Shown one piece after another: positions 48,647 to 62,865 of a DNA stretch of 64,000 nt. This stretch comes from Polyangiaceae bacterium (lineage in GTDB: Bacteria > Myxococcota_A > Polyangia > Polyangiales > Polyangiaceae), in contig CBDCTZ010000016.1 of assembly GCA_965222375.1 (NCBI GenBank), positions 128,001 through 192,000 on the forward strand, given 5' to 3'. Position numbers and translations under genes: made by a program. Below the pieces are notes generated by a model. It was not told the origin of the DNA, did not search any database, and was given only the letters and a program-made list of their open reading frames with translations. Each line of letters begins with the position of its first letter. Positions within the stretch are counted from its first letter, which is position 1.

Positions 48647-50947
48647 ATGTGGCAATCGCTTCCTGATTTTGGAACCGGCGTCCTGTACGCAGTGCTCGTT
48701 GCAGCGAGCTACACCTTCGCCGTGTCCGTCGCGGCGGGCCGTGGCCGACCGCGCTTGCTCCAGTCGGCGCGGATGGGCGCCTATGCAACGAGCGCCCTGG
48801 TCGCGCTCGGCGTCGTGCTGTTGGCCTACGGGTTCGTCACCCACGATTTCCGCATCCGCTACGTCGCTCGCTACAGCGACCGCTCCATGGGCACGGACTA
48901 CCTGCTGACGGCGCTGTGGGGTGGACAGGACGGATCCCTCCTGTGGTGGTCCTTCCTCCTGTCCGGCTACATCGTGGGGTGCGTATGGTGGCTGAAGGGG
49001 CGCTACCGGCATTTGCAGCCCTACGTCATCGCGACGCTGATGGTCATCGTGGGCTTCTTCGCGATCTTGATGCTGTTTGCCGCGAACCCCTTCGCCACCA
49101 GTGTCGCCGGGGCGAAGCTGGAAGGCGATGGGCTCAATCCGCTGCTCCAGAACTACTGGATGATCATTCACCCGCCGGCGCTGTACATGGGCTTCGTCGG
49201 TTGCGCGATTCCCTTCGCATTTTCCATCGCGGCGTTGATCACGGGTCGCCTGGACAACGAGTGGATCGTGGCAGTGCGCAAGTGGATGCTTTTTGCCTGG
49301 GTGTTCCTGAGCCTAGGCAACGCTCTGGGTATGGTCTGGGCCTACGAAGAGCTGGGCTGGGGCGGCTATTGGGCCTGGGATCCGGTGGAAAACGCTGCCT
49401 GCCTGCCGTGGTTCACCGCCAGCGCCTACGTGCACTCCACGATGATTCAAGAGCGGCGCAACATGCTCAAGGTGTGGAACGTCTTGCTCATCGCAATCAC
49501 GTTCCTACTGACGATCTTCGGCACCTTCCTCACGCGCTCCGGCCTGATCGCAAGCGTGCATAGCTTTGCCCAGAGCAACATCGGGATCTTCTTCGTGTGG
49601 TTCATGGGCCTGGCTGCCGCGGCCTGCATCGGGCTCCTGGTCTGGCGCTACCCCAAGCTCAAGAGCCCACACCAGATCGAAGCCGTCGCTAGCCGTGAGG
49701 CCATGTTCGTGGTGAACAACTGGGCACTCTTGGGCGCAATGGTGTTCATCCTGGTCGCCACCCTCTTCCCCAAGATCAGCGAATGGCTGTGGAAAGAGTC
49801 CGTGACCGTGGGCCCGCCGTTCTTCAACCGTTGGATGGCGCCGATCGGCTTGGTCATTTTCGCGCTGATGGGCCTCGCGCCTCTCTTCGGCTGGCGAAAG
49901 ACCAGCGGAGAGTCTCTGAAAAAGGCCTTCGCAGCCCCGCTCATCGCCATGTTCATCGGCGGGGGCGCTCACCTGGCCTTCGGCGCACGCATGGGCTTTC
50001 CCGCGCTCGTCCCCACGGATCAATTCTACTCCGGCGTTGTCGGGGTCGTACTGCAAAAGCTGGGCGCGGCCCTCCCTTTGATCACCGTGTCTCTGTCCGC
50101 GTTCAACCTTGCCGTCATCGTGCAGGAGTTCCAGCGCGGTGTGGCTGCTCGACGCCGGTCGAGCGAAAAGGCGGGCGAGAAGGAGAGCGTGCTGCAGGCG
50201 CTGGTGCGCTTGATGGACAAGAGTCGGCGCCGCTACGGCGGCTACATCGTGCACGCAGGCATCGTGGTCATGTTCCTGGGCTTCACGGGCGCAGCCTGGG
50301 CCGTGGAGCACGAAACCTCCATGTCTCCCGGGGAAACCCATACGATCGGAAACTACGAACTCAAGTACGTGGGTCCCCGCATGGAAGTGGATCCGAACAA
50401 GCGGATGGCCTTCGCCGACGTCGAAGTCCACCGAAACGGCAATAGCGTGGGAACGCTGTCGCCGGCCAAGTTCATCTATTCACGGGCCCCCGAAAGCCCC
50501 ACGACCGAGGTCGCCATGCTGCACTCGGTGCGCGACGACCTATACGTGGTCGTGGGTAGCATCAGCCCCAGCACGAAGCGCGCGACCTTCCAAATGCACG
50601 TCAATCCGCTGGTTTCTTGGATCTGGGCAGGCGTGCTGATCTTGCTGCTCGGGTCCTCTCTCTCCCTTTGGCCCGAGGTCAGCGAGAAGCGCCTTGGCGC
50701 GTGGTCCTACGTACGCACTGCGACGGCTGGCGCGGGCGGAATCATGTTTGCCATCTGGCTAGCTATGGGACCAAGCACCGCCTTCGCTGCCAGTCACACG
50801 AAGGTCCCCCGACCCACCGCGGCCAGCGTTTCGCCTCTGGCATCCCCAAGCGCATCGCAGCTCGCACCTTGGCTGCTGCCGGGAGCCCTTGCTCTTGCCG
50901 CAGGCACATTGCTGGGCGCGGCGCGCACGAGGCGACGCAGACCGTGA
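48647..50947 (+). CDS. ccmF: Cytochrome c biogenesis heme lyase CcmF
   Basis: GLNPLLQ, HPP, WAYEELGWGGYWAWDPVEN and TRSG..SVHSF. Confidence 0.95.
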   Translation: MWQSLPDFGTGVLYAVLVAASYTFAVSVAAGRGRPRLLQSARMGAYATSALVALGVVLLAYGFVTHDFRIRYVARYSDRSMGTDYLLTALWGGQDGSLLWWSFLLSGYIVGCVWWLKGRYRHLQPYVIATLMVIVGFFAILMLFAANPFATSVAGAKLEGDGLNPLLQNYWMIIHPPALYMGFVGCAIPFAFSIAALITGRLDNEWIVAVRKWMLFAWVFLSLGNALGMVWAYEELGWGGYWAWDPVENAACLPWFTASAYVHSTMIQERRNMLKVWNVLLIAITFLLTIFGTFLTRSGLIASVHSFAQSNIGIFFVWFMGLAAAACIGLLVWRYPKLKSPHQIEAVASREAMFVVNNWALLGAMVFILVATLFPKISEWLWKESVTVGPPFFNRWMAPIGLVIFALMGLAPLFGWRKTSGESLKKAFAAPLIAMFIGGGAHLAFGARMGFPALVPTDQFYSGVVGVVLQKLGAALPLITVSLSAFNLAVIVQEFQRGVAARRRSSEKAGEKESVLQALVRLMDKSRRRYGGYIVHAGIVVMFLGFTGAAWAVEHETSMSPGETHTIGNYELKYVGPRMEVDPNKRMAFADVEVHRNGNSVGTLSPAKFIYSRAPESPTTEVAMLHSVRDDLYVVVGSISPSTKRATFQMHVNPLVSWIWAGVLILLLGSSLSLWPEVSEKRLGAWSYVRTATAGAGGIMFAIWLAMGPSTAFAASHTKVPRPTAASVSPLASPSASQLAPWLLPGALALAAGTLLGAARTRRRRP

Positions 50948-51261
50948 CGCCGGCCGCACCCGGCTTGCGCGGGGTGTGGGGAGCGGTCGCGCTCGCTCTG
51001 GCAACACCGAGCTGCGATCAATCCGCGCCTCGGGGCACGCCTCCACCCTCGAGTTCAGCACTTCCACAGCATGCCCCCGGAGGACCCACATCCTGCCAAG
51101 ACGTCGGACGATTTGGTGGAATTGCGACCTGCTGCGAGGGCAGCTACTGCGGAGGCCATTGCTTCACCGATGGTTGCCGCTGCGGGGACACCTTCGCAGG
51201 TTGTTTTTGGCCGGATGTGTGTTGTGCCGGCCAGTGCAAGCCCCGGGACGCCTGCAGGTGA
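50944..51261 (+). CDS. Small Cys-rich lipoprotein
   Basis: GTG overlaps the ccmF stop; TPSC lipobox-like sequence; dense Cys domain. Confidence 0.55.
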   Translation: MTPAAPGLRGVWGAVALALATPSCDQSAPRGTPPPSSSALPQHAPGGPTSCQDVGRFGGIATCCEGSYCGGHCFTDGCRCGDTFAGCFWPDVCCAGQCKPRDACR

Positions 51262-51295
51262 ATTGCTGGTATAAGCGCCAAAGTTCCGTTACTTC

Positions 51296-52210
51296 GTGAC
51301 CTCGACCGTGCTCGACCGCCTCGCCCAGATCCCAACGCCCGTGCGTCGACTGCTGCCTCTCGTGGCGCTGACCATCGTAGCGGCAATCATCGCCACGCGC
51401 GGTCTAGGCGTCGGCTTGATGGCACTCGCGGGCATTGCCCTGTTGGCCGCTATCTTCTTGGCGTGGAACAGCGTGCAGAGCCTCACGGGTGAGGCAGAGC
51501 TCAGCCTCGACGAGGCCCTCGGCATGGCAGTGCCTTCCGTGGAGGAAGAGCGCAAACGAGCGATTTTGCGCGCCCTCAAGGACCTGGAATACGAACGCAG
51601 CGTGGGAAAGGTCAGCGACGCGGACTACCTGGAGCTCTCCACCCAGTACCGCTCGGAAGCGAAAGAGCTGCTGCGAGCCCTGGAAGAGCAAGACAAGCCA
51701 GCGCGAGCGCGGGCCGAGAGGCTCTTGCAGAAGAAGCTCCTCAAGGCCGGCTTGTCAGCAGATGCGTCTCTGGAAGACGACGAAGAAGAAAGGTCTACCC
51801 AACAGGGCACGGAGCATCCAAAGACGGACGACGACGAGGACGAGAGCGGCCCCAGCGGCGCGCTGGAAAAAGACGCAAGCGACGACAACGAAGCAAGCGA
51901 CGACGACGATGCCCCCGAGTCGGATGTGGGAAGCGACGACGACGACGATGCCCCGGACTCTGATGACGCACCCGATTCCGAACCGGTCGCAGCAGCCGAC
52001 ACGCCGCCACCCGAGCCGCCACCGGCCAAGGTCGCGCCGTCTCGGGCCTGCGCCGAATGCGCATCGAGAAATGACTTGGATGCCGCCTTTTGCAAGAAGT
52101 GCGGACACCCCTTGGCGGACGAAGACCAGCGTCTTTGCCAAGCGTGCCCCGCGATGTACGCGGCGGAAGAGGAGAGCTGTCCCCAATGCGGCGTACCCTT
52201 CGAAGACTGA
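51296..52210 (+). CDS. Membrane protein with C-terminal zinc ribbons (Ccm-associated)
   Basis: Two TM helices; ALKDLEYERSVGKVSDADY; acidic linker; four CxxC pairs. Confidence 0.75.
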   Translation: MTSTVLDRLAQIPTPVRRLLPLVALTIVAAIIATRGLGVGLMALAGIALLAAIFLAWNSVQSLTGEAELSLDEALGMAVPSVEEERKRAILRALKDLEYERSVGKVSDADYLELSTQYRSEAKELLRALEEQDKPARARAERLLQKKLLKAGLSADASLEDDEEERSTQQGTEHPKTDDDEDESGPSGALEKDASDDNEASDDDDAPESDVGSDDDDDAPDSDDAPDSEPVAAADTPPPEPPPAKVAPSRACAECASRNDLDAAFCKKCGHPLADEDQRLCQACPAMYAAEEESCPQCGVPFED

Positions 52211-53595
52211 CCTTCGCCCTGGCCCTCGTGGCACCTCAGCTCAGTGCGGCCCAGCCTGCTCCCGAGGTGCCAGTCGTCAAGCTTCCCAAGCCGCAGCTCC
52301 CACGCGCCAAGCCCGTGATCACTCCGCCCGCTTCGGCGCGCGCCGTTGCACCTCCGCCCGCATCCGCCAAAGCCGCCGCGCCCGGAGCCGCCTCTGCGCA
52401 AGCACCCCCCGCCGGCGCACGGCTCCCTTCGGGCCATCCCGCAGTCGGCCCGCCCGGAGCCCAACCTCAGCAAGCGGCTCCACCCCGAGACGAGAGCGTC
52501 CCGGATTCGAACATTCCCGCTGGGAGCATCGTGGTCACGCTGGTAGACGCAAAAGGGACCCCACGACCCAACACCGGCGTGCGCTTGGGGATCCTGCGCC
52601 AAACCGTCGCCGAAGGCGAGTCCCGGCAGTTCCAGGACAAACGCACCGACTCGGAGGGCATGGTCACTTTCAGCGAGCTGAAAACGGATTCCGCCTTCAG
52701 CTACCGAGTCAGCGTGACCCACGACGCAGCCAAGTACGCCGCTCCCCCTTTCAACCTCAAATCAGGGGCGGGACAGCGGGTGAAGATGCACGTCTTTCCC
52801 GTCACCCGTGACATCAACAAAGCCGTCGTTGGCGGGCGCGGGATCATCGTCACGGAAATGCGGGACGACGTATTCCAATTCGAAGTCATGTTTCGAGTGT
52901 TCAACATGGGACGCGTCACCTGGGTGCCGGAGAACATCACCTTCACGCTGCCAGACGGCGCCAAGGGATTCGTCGCCAACGAGACCATGAGCGATGCGCG
53001 AGTCGCGATGGCAGACGAGCGCTCCGTGGAACTTCTCGGAACGTATCAACCTGGCCAACACGACGTCACCTTCCGCTTCCAGGTTCCCAACGACCAAACC
53101 GAGACGGCAAACTTCGAAATCGGACTGCCACCGCATATGGCAGAGATCCGCGTCATGGCCCCCGCCGCCAGGGACATGTCGCTGTCCGTTGCCGGCTTCG
53201 ACGCGGCGCAGAAGAACACGGGACCAACCGGACAACGGCTGCTGGTCACATCTCGTCAGCTTCGCCCTGGCGAACCCGAAATGAACTCCGTCAGCATTCA
53301 GCTCAGCGGGATCCCGATCCTCGGTCCAGGTCGCTGGATCGCAGTCGCTCTCGCAGCTTGCTTTGCCCTGCTCGGACTCTGGTCCGCCTCCCGGACAGGT
53401 GCGGGCTTCGTCGCCCCAACGGATGACCTGAAGCGGGCTCGTCGGCGCCTCCTGGACGAGCTGGTCCAGTTAGAAAAGGCGCGCGCAGCCGGCAACATCG
53501 GGCCAAAAACCTACCGGAACACAAAAAAGATCCTGATGGACGCTTTGGGACGGGTTGAAGCGGAAAACCGCAATTTGAAGGTGGCGCGAGCCTGA
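52186..53595 (+). CDS. Exported protein with carboxypeptidase-regulatory-like domain and C-terminal TM helix
   Basis: Signal peptide; LPSGHP; TDSEG.V.F; C-terminal LLDELVQLE..RAAG.I...Y. Confidence 0.7.
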   Translation: MRRTLRRLTFALALVAPQLSAAQPAPEVPVVKLPKPQLPRAKPVITPPASARAVAPPPASAKAAAPGAASAQAPPAGARLPSGHPAVGPPGAQPQQAAPPRDESVPDSNIPAGSIVVTLVDAKGTPRPNTGVRLGILRQTVAEGESRQFQDKRTDSEGMVTFSELKTDSAFSYRVSVTHDAAKYAAPPFNLKSGAGQRVKMHVFPVTRDINKAVVGGRGIIVTEMRDDVFQFEVMFRVFNMGRVTWVPENITFTLPDGAKGFVANETMSDARVAMADERSVELLGTYQPGQHDVTFRFQVPNDQTETANFEIGLPPHMAEIRVMAPAARDMSLSVAGFDAAQKNTGPTGQRLLVTSRQLRPGEPEMNSVSIQLSGIPILGPGRWIAVALAACFALLGLWSASRTGAGFVAPTDDLKRARRRLLDELVQLEKARAAGNIGPKTYRNTKKILMDALGRVEAENRNLKVARA

Positions 53596-53619
53596 TTCGT
53601 AGGCTTTCGGGACCCCGGT

Positions 53620-53890
53620 GGCCTTTTCCACAGCCTGGGGAAAAACCGGGGAAAACCCTGCGGAAGACCTTGGTACTGTCGTTGGGTATCCTACATTGCA
53701 GCACACAATCCCCAGCCCTTGCGGTGCTTTCGACACCACGCGTCAACATGGCGAGCGACGCAATTACGGCGTAATTTCAGGCACTTGAGTCATTATCCCC
53801 AGCGTCCACAGGCCCTACGTCTACGACGATCATTTATTTAAATAGATCTTAGAAGAGAAGAAGAGCCCTACCTGGCTTGGGGATACTTCT
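53620..53890. other. oriC: Probable chromosomal replication origin (oriC)
   Basis: DnaA box TTTTCCACA at 53624 plus several variants; TTATCCCCA-GCGTCCACA-GGCC-CTACGTCTACGACGA trios; AT-rich tract; immediately upstream of dnaN. Confidence 0.8.
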
Positions 53891-53934
53891 GGGCTCTGGC
53901 GTCGCCGCCTCGACCCGGCTAAGCAGCGAGCGCC

Positions 53935-55089
53935 ATGCAGGTCATCGTTAGCAAAAAGGACCTGGTTCGTCTGCTTCAGCGCTGCCAAGGGGTTGCGGAC
54001 AAAAAGAGCACCATGCCCGTCCTGGGCAACGTGCTGCTCGAGGTTTCCGGTCCCGATCAGTTGCGCCTTGCCGCGACGGATCTGTACCTGGCTGTCAGCG
54101 GTTCGATCAAAGCGAAAGTAGACAAGGGCGGCTCCATTGCCGTGGGTGCACGCGACCTGTTCGAGCGAATCAAGATGATGCCGGACGGTGAAATCGGGAT
54201 TTCGTCCAACGACACTGCACAGACCACCGTTCGCTCCGTCGGAGGCGCAAGGCGCTACACGCTGCATGGGATCCCGGGAGAGGATTTTCCGTCCCTTCCC
54301 AAGTTGGAGGATGGCACGACGACTCACGCTTTGGACGTCGATGTACTCTCGCAGTTGATCACCCGGACCCACTTCTCGATTTCCAACGACGAAACCCGCC
54401 TGCATTTGAACAGCGCGCTTTTCGAGTGGGATAGCGATCGCGTCCGCATGGTCACCACGGATGGGCATCGACTCTGCAAGATGGATTTCACCGTGGGTGG
54501 TGCTCGAGCATCCACCAATATGTTGATCCCCCTCAAGGGCATCCAAGAGTTGCGTCGGCTTTGCGACGAGGCCCTCAGCGATGCTGCGAGGGCTAGCGAC
54601 GAAGCGGAGAGCCGAACCCTGACCATGGGTCAAACGGGTCCCAACGCTTTTTTCCAAATCGGCGGTTTGCACTTCAGCGTGAAGCTCGTCGACGCTCAAT
54701 TTCCGCCCTACGACCAGGTCATTCCGGACACCACGGAGCGTGCGATTCGGATCCCACGCGGCCAGATGGCGGAGGCTCTCAAAGCCGTCTCCCTGGCTGC
54801 TAGTGACCGCACCGGTGGCGTCAAGCTCACGATCTTCGAAGGCAAGGTTCGTTTCGAAAGCGAGAGCCCGGAGAGTGGTGAGGGTTTCGACGAGATCAGC
54901 GTGGACTACGACGGACCCAACGTGACCGTCGGCTTCAATGCGCGGTACTTCCTCGACGTGCTCTCCGCCATGGACGAGGACGAGGTCATCCTCGGGATCA
55001 GCGGAGACTTGGATCCTGCGGTTCTGCGCCCCGGCACAGAGAGTGCGAAGGCAAGCTACTTGGCAGTCGTGATGCCGATGCGCATCTGA
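53935..55089 (+). CDS. dnaN: DNA polymerase III beta sliding clamp
   Basis: MPVLGNVLL, ATDL, TDGHRL, FPPYDQVIP, GFNARY and VVMPMRI. Confidence 0.97.
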   Translation: MQVIVSKKDLVRLLQRCQGVADKKSTMPVLGNVLLEVSGPDQLRLAATDLYLAVSGSIKAKVDKGGSIAVGARDLFERIKMMPDGEIGISSNDTAQTTVRSVGGARRYTLHGIPGEDFPSLPKLEDGTTTHALDVDVLSQLITRTHFSISNDETRLHLNSALFEWDSDRVRMVTTDGHRLCKMDFTVGGARASTNMLIPLKGIQELRRLCDEALSDAARASDEAESRTLTMGQTGPNAFFQIGGLHFSVKLVDAQFPPYDQVIPDTTERAIRIPRGQMAEALKAVSLAASDRTGGVKLTIFEGKVRFESESPESGEGFDEISVDYDGPNVTVGFNARYFLDVLSAMDEDEVILGISGDLDPAVLRPGTESAKASYLAVVMPMRI

Positions 55090-55092
55090 TCC

Positions 55093-56214
55093 GTGACCCA
55101 AACCCTAAGCTTCGAACGGGTTGACGTTTCGGGGTTCCGCAACCTGAAGCGGGTTTCCTTCGAGCCCGTGGCGCGCCTCAATGTCATTGCGGGGGACAAT
55201 GGCCAGGGCAAGACGAGTCTGATCGAAGCACTGTACGTCGTCGCGACCAGCAAGAGTTTTCGCGCTGAGCGCAGCGATGACATGGTCTGCGACGAGCTCG
55301 ATGAGGCTCTGATCATCGCGAAGTTGCGCGAGGGGCAGCTGCTTCGGGAGCAACGCGCGCTCCTCTCGCGCCAAGGCCGTGCTTTTCGCCTGAACGGCAA
55401 ACGCCCCAAGAACCTGGCCCTCTACGCCACGCAGACTCCGGTGGTCGTCTTTCACCCTGGGGACCTCAGCTTGGTCGCCGGCGCCGCGCAGGGTCGCAGG
55501 ACGCTGCTGGATCGAGTCTCGCTCTTCTTCGAGCCCGCGAGCGCCAACCACCGCACCCGCTATCAACGCGCACTACGCAGCCGCCAGCGGGCCCTGGAGG
55601 AACGAGGCGCGCGCGCACCGGAGCTGGACGCCCTCGAGGCCATCCTCGCCGAACACGGCTCACAGCTCTGTGCAGCGCGTGAACGTACGGCTCAGCGATT
55701 GATAGAGGCGCTCCACCCGGCCTTCGCGCGCATGGCTCCGCCAGAGCTTCAGCTGGCCGCAGAGCTGGTTGCCCAAGGCACCACGGACCGGGATGAGTTC
55801 TTGGCAAAACTCGTCCAAGTCCGGGGAGACGACCTGAAGCGTGGTCGCGCGACCTTTGGACCTCAGCGTGATGATCTCCAGCTGTCCATTGCGGGGCGGT
55901 CAGCGAGACAGCACGCTTCTCAGGGTCAGCAGCGGATCTTGACGCTATCTCTCAAGCTCGCGGAGCTCGTCTGTTTGAGAGAAGCGCGGGGTGCACATCC
56001 CGTGCTGCTGCTCGATGACGTCTCGAGTGAGTTGGACCCGACCCGCACGGGCGCCGTGTATCAACTGCTGGAAGGCTCCGCGAGCCAAGTCTTCGTCACC
56101 ACCACCCGCCCGGAACTGTTCACGACGCCAGATTTGGCCCCGGACGAGCGGGCTGATTTCACGCTTCGAGATGGCGTCGTGACCCGGGAGTCCGCTTTCT
56201 CCGTGGGGTCCTGA
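55093..56214 (+). CDS. recF: DNA replication and repair protein RecF
   Basis: FRNL, GDNGQGKTS, GPQRDDL, SQGQQR and LLLDDVSSELD. Confidence 0.96.
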   Translation: MTQTLSFERVDVSGFRNLKRVSFEPVARLNVIAGDNGQGKTSLIEALYVVATSKSFRAERSDDMVCDELDEALIIAKLREGQLLREQRALLSRQGRAFRLNGKRPKNLALYATQTPVVVFHPGDLSLVAGAAQGRRTLLDRVSLFFEPASANHRTRYQRALRSRQRALEERGARAPELDALEAILAEHGSQLCAARERTAQRLIEALHPAFARMAPPELQLAAELVAQGTTDRDEFLAKLVQVRGDDLKRGRATFGPQRDDLQLSIAGRSARQHASQGQQRILTLSLKLAELVCLREARGAHPVLLLDDVSSELDPTRTGAVYQLLEGSASQVFVTTTRPELFTTPDLAPDERADFTLRDGVVTRESAFSVGS

Positions 56215-56325
56215 AAAGGGCTCACAAAAGGGCTCACAAAAAGCCCCGGTTTAGGCCGCGAAATCCGAGCCAAATTCGACCCCTCCGGAAAGAGTAAATA
56301 GAGGCGTTTTGATGCGGGCCTGTGC

Positions 56326-60673
<4,348 letters not shown>

Positions 60674-61083
60674 GCCAAGGACTAGACAGCGCCGATGCGG
60701 CTGCTCGCTTGACTGCAAGGAAGGGCATGGTGCGGGTCGAGGGCAAAGCAGGTACGCTCCGCCGAGTTTCGGTTCACCGCGGCGCTTGCTTGGAGCCCAG
60801 ACCAGCACTTGGTCCGGCATGAGGTTTGGGGGTCGCAGCCCTTTCCCGAGAAGGAGCACTACTCTCGACCTGATGCACGCGAGGCGACCGTCGCGGATAA
60901 GTGTCTGAAATTACGTCGCTTATCCGAAAGCACATGCATTTTCGGTTGCGCAGCCCTTGCGTGCTATCCTAGTTCCGCCGGGTCGCCAGCAGGTGGTGCG
61001 GCGCTCGGTAAATTTCTTTCACGTGTCCGGGACCATGCTTTGAATCCCGCGGCTCAAAAAAACGACTTTCAGAGGTGATGACA

Positions 61084-61731
61084 ATGGCGAAGTCCTATCG
61101 ATTCGTGACGGCTATGGGTGCGCTGGCAGCGCTGGCTTTGGCGATTCCTGCTTGCGGCAGTGATGACGACGACAGCGGCTCCGGTGGCGGTACGGCCACG
61201 GGCGGAACTGCAGGTACTGGAGGCGGCGCGACCGGCGGCGCTGGTGGTGCCTCGGGTGGTGCTGGTGGTGCAACCGGTGGCGCTGGTGGCGCAACGGGCG
61301 GCGCTGGTGGTGCGGTTACGTGCGGCGGCGCAAGCTGCTCCGCGTACAACGTCGGTGGGCTCTTGCCGGTCGCCGCGTGCTGCAGCACGAACGACAAGTG
61401 CGGCGCCGAGGTCGATGCAACCATCGCTGGCCTGTTGGGCGGCATCCCCACGGGTTGCTACGAGGCCGAGCAGACCGGCGACGTGGATTGCGCTTGTCCA
61501 GGCTATACGTTCAAGAACCCGCTACCGCCAATGGACGACATCACCTTCCCGGGCTGCTGCACGCCGGCAGGTAAGTGTGGATACTTCATGGACATCTCTA
61601 GTCAGCAAGGACCCAACATCGGCTGTCAAGAAGCGACGTGGGGCGACGGTATGGGTAAGACCTGCACCGCTGGCAGTCCCGACCTCTCGTGTCTGGGCGA
61701 CGGTGGCGCGTCCGACGCCGCCGCCGACTGA
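61084..61731 (+). CDS. Cys-rich lipoprotein, paralog 1 of 3
   Basis: GAGGTG RBS; IPAC lipobox; Gly linker; FPGCC domain. Confidence 0.85.
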   Translation: MAKSYRFVTAMGALAALALAIPACGSDDDDSGSGGGTATGGTAGTGGGATGGAGGASGGAGGATGGAGGATGGAGGAVTCGGASCSAYNVGGLLPVAACCSTNDKCGAEVDATIAGLLGGIPTGCYEAEQTGDVDCACPGYTFKNPLPPMDDITFPGCCTPAGKCGYFMDISSQQGPNIGCQEATWGDGMGKTCTAGSPDLSCLGDGGASDAAAD

Positions 61732-61757
61732 TCCTCCGGGATTGGCCAGAAAGCGGG

Positions 61758-61789
61758 CGAAGCCGCGTTCCTTCGGGGGCGCGGCTTCG
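61758..61789 (+). terminator. Strong hairpin after paralog 1 (terminator or mRNA stabiliser)
   Basis: CGAAGCCGCGTTCC-TTCG-GGGGCGCGGCTTCG, a 14-bp stem with cUUCGg loop; no U-tract. Confidence 0.55.
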
Positions 61790-61915
61790 ACGCGTTTGGG
61801 TGCCGAGGTCGCGACGCTGCGTAGACAGCACTTCCATGTCGGATGTCAGTTCCTGGGGGCCGCATGCTCGACCTGTTGGGTGTGGCGGTGCATGCTTTGA
61901 AGCGCAGGCCGCAAG

Positions 61916-62689
61916 ATGAAAACCCCCTATTGGATTGTGTTCACAGTGCTTGCCACCAGTTGCGGGGGGAGCGTAGCCGAGGAGGGTAGTGGTGGTTCAG
62001 CCGCTACTGGTGGCGGGGGCGCGGCGGGCGGCATTGGCGCGACGGGCGGCATTGGTGCAACAGGTGGCATCGGCGCGACAGGTGGCATTGGTGCAACAGG
62101 TGGCGGGGGAGCGACGGGCGGCATTGGTGCAACAGGTGGCATCGGCGCGACAGGTGGCATTGGTGCAACAGGTGGCGGGGGCGCGACGGGCGGCATTGGT
62201 GCAACAGGTGGCATTGGTGCAACAGGTGGCATTGGTGCAACAGGCGGCATGGGCGCGACGGGCGGCATCGGCGCGACGGGTGGCACTGGTGGGACCGGTG
62301 GCGGTGGTCTGTCCTGCAACTCCGTAGCATGTCCGAAGTTCGTGATCGCCGGTTTGCTCAACGTCCCAGCGTGTTGCAGCAAAGGGGATAAGTGCGGCTC
62401 CGAGTTCGATGCGACGATCTCTGGGCTGCTTGGCGGCCAGGTGCCACCGGGGTGCTATGAGCTCCAACAGCCCGGAGCTCTCAACTGTGATTGCCCCGAC
62501 TACACCTTCAAGAGCCCCTTGCCCCCGAACGACACGGTCGCATTTCCCGGCTGCTGCACGCCGACCGGGAGGTGTGGCTACGTGATCGACATCGCAACCC
62601 AGGGGGGCCCAACGATTGGGTGCCAGGTGGCGAACTGGGGAAGTGGCCAGGGGAAGTTGTGCAAGCCCGGTCCGGGCCAAGGTTGCTGA
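61916..62689 (+). CDS. Cys-rich lipoprotein, paralog 2 of 3
   Basis: ATSC lipobox; (GGIGAT)n linker; FPGCC domain. Confidence 0.85.
   Translation: MKTPYWIVFTVLATSCGGSVAEEGSGGSAATGGGGAAGGIGATGGIGATGGIGATGGIGATGGGGATGGIGATGGIGATGGIGATGGGGATGGIGATGGIGATGGIGATGGMGATGGIGATGGTGGTGGGGLSCNSVACPKFVIAGLLNVPACCSKGDKCGSEFDATISGLLGGQVPPGCYELQQPGALNCDCPDYTFKSPLPPNDTVAFPGCCTPTGRCGYVIDIATQGGPTIGCQVANWGSGQGKLCKPGPGQGC
62027..62278 (+). repeat. 18-bp coding tandem repeat, 14 units of GGxGAT
   Basis: GGYGGCATYGGYGCRACR units, with a GGGGAT variant at units 5 and 9. Confidence 0.9.
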
Positions 62690-62865
62690 ACGGAATACCG
62701 GCGCCAATCGCGATTTCGCCGATCACCCTCTAGCGGAGCCGCGCCCCGGCGGCTCGGCGCCTCGCGGCTCCCGCCCCCAGGTCGATGCCGACGGCCCGAA
62801 GCGGAAAGCTCGTTCCTGGACCCCAGGGCACGCATCTCGTAGGCTTCGCCCCGGAGGTGCTTGGG

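Noticed and set aside
56214..56240. Two tandem copies of AAAAGGGCTCAC after recF
   Set aside because: Real but only two units; most simply a slippage duplication with no assignable function.
62027..62278. Possible CRISPR-like array
   Set aside because: Contiguous in-frame coding repeats with no spacers and no cas genes.
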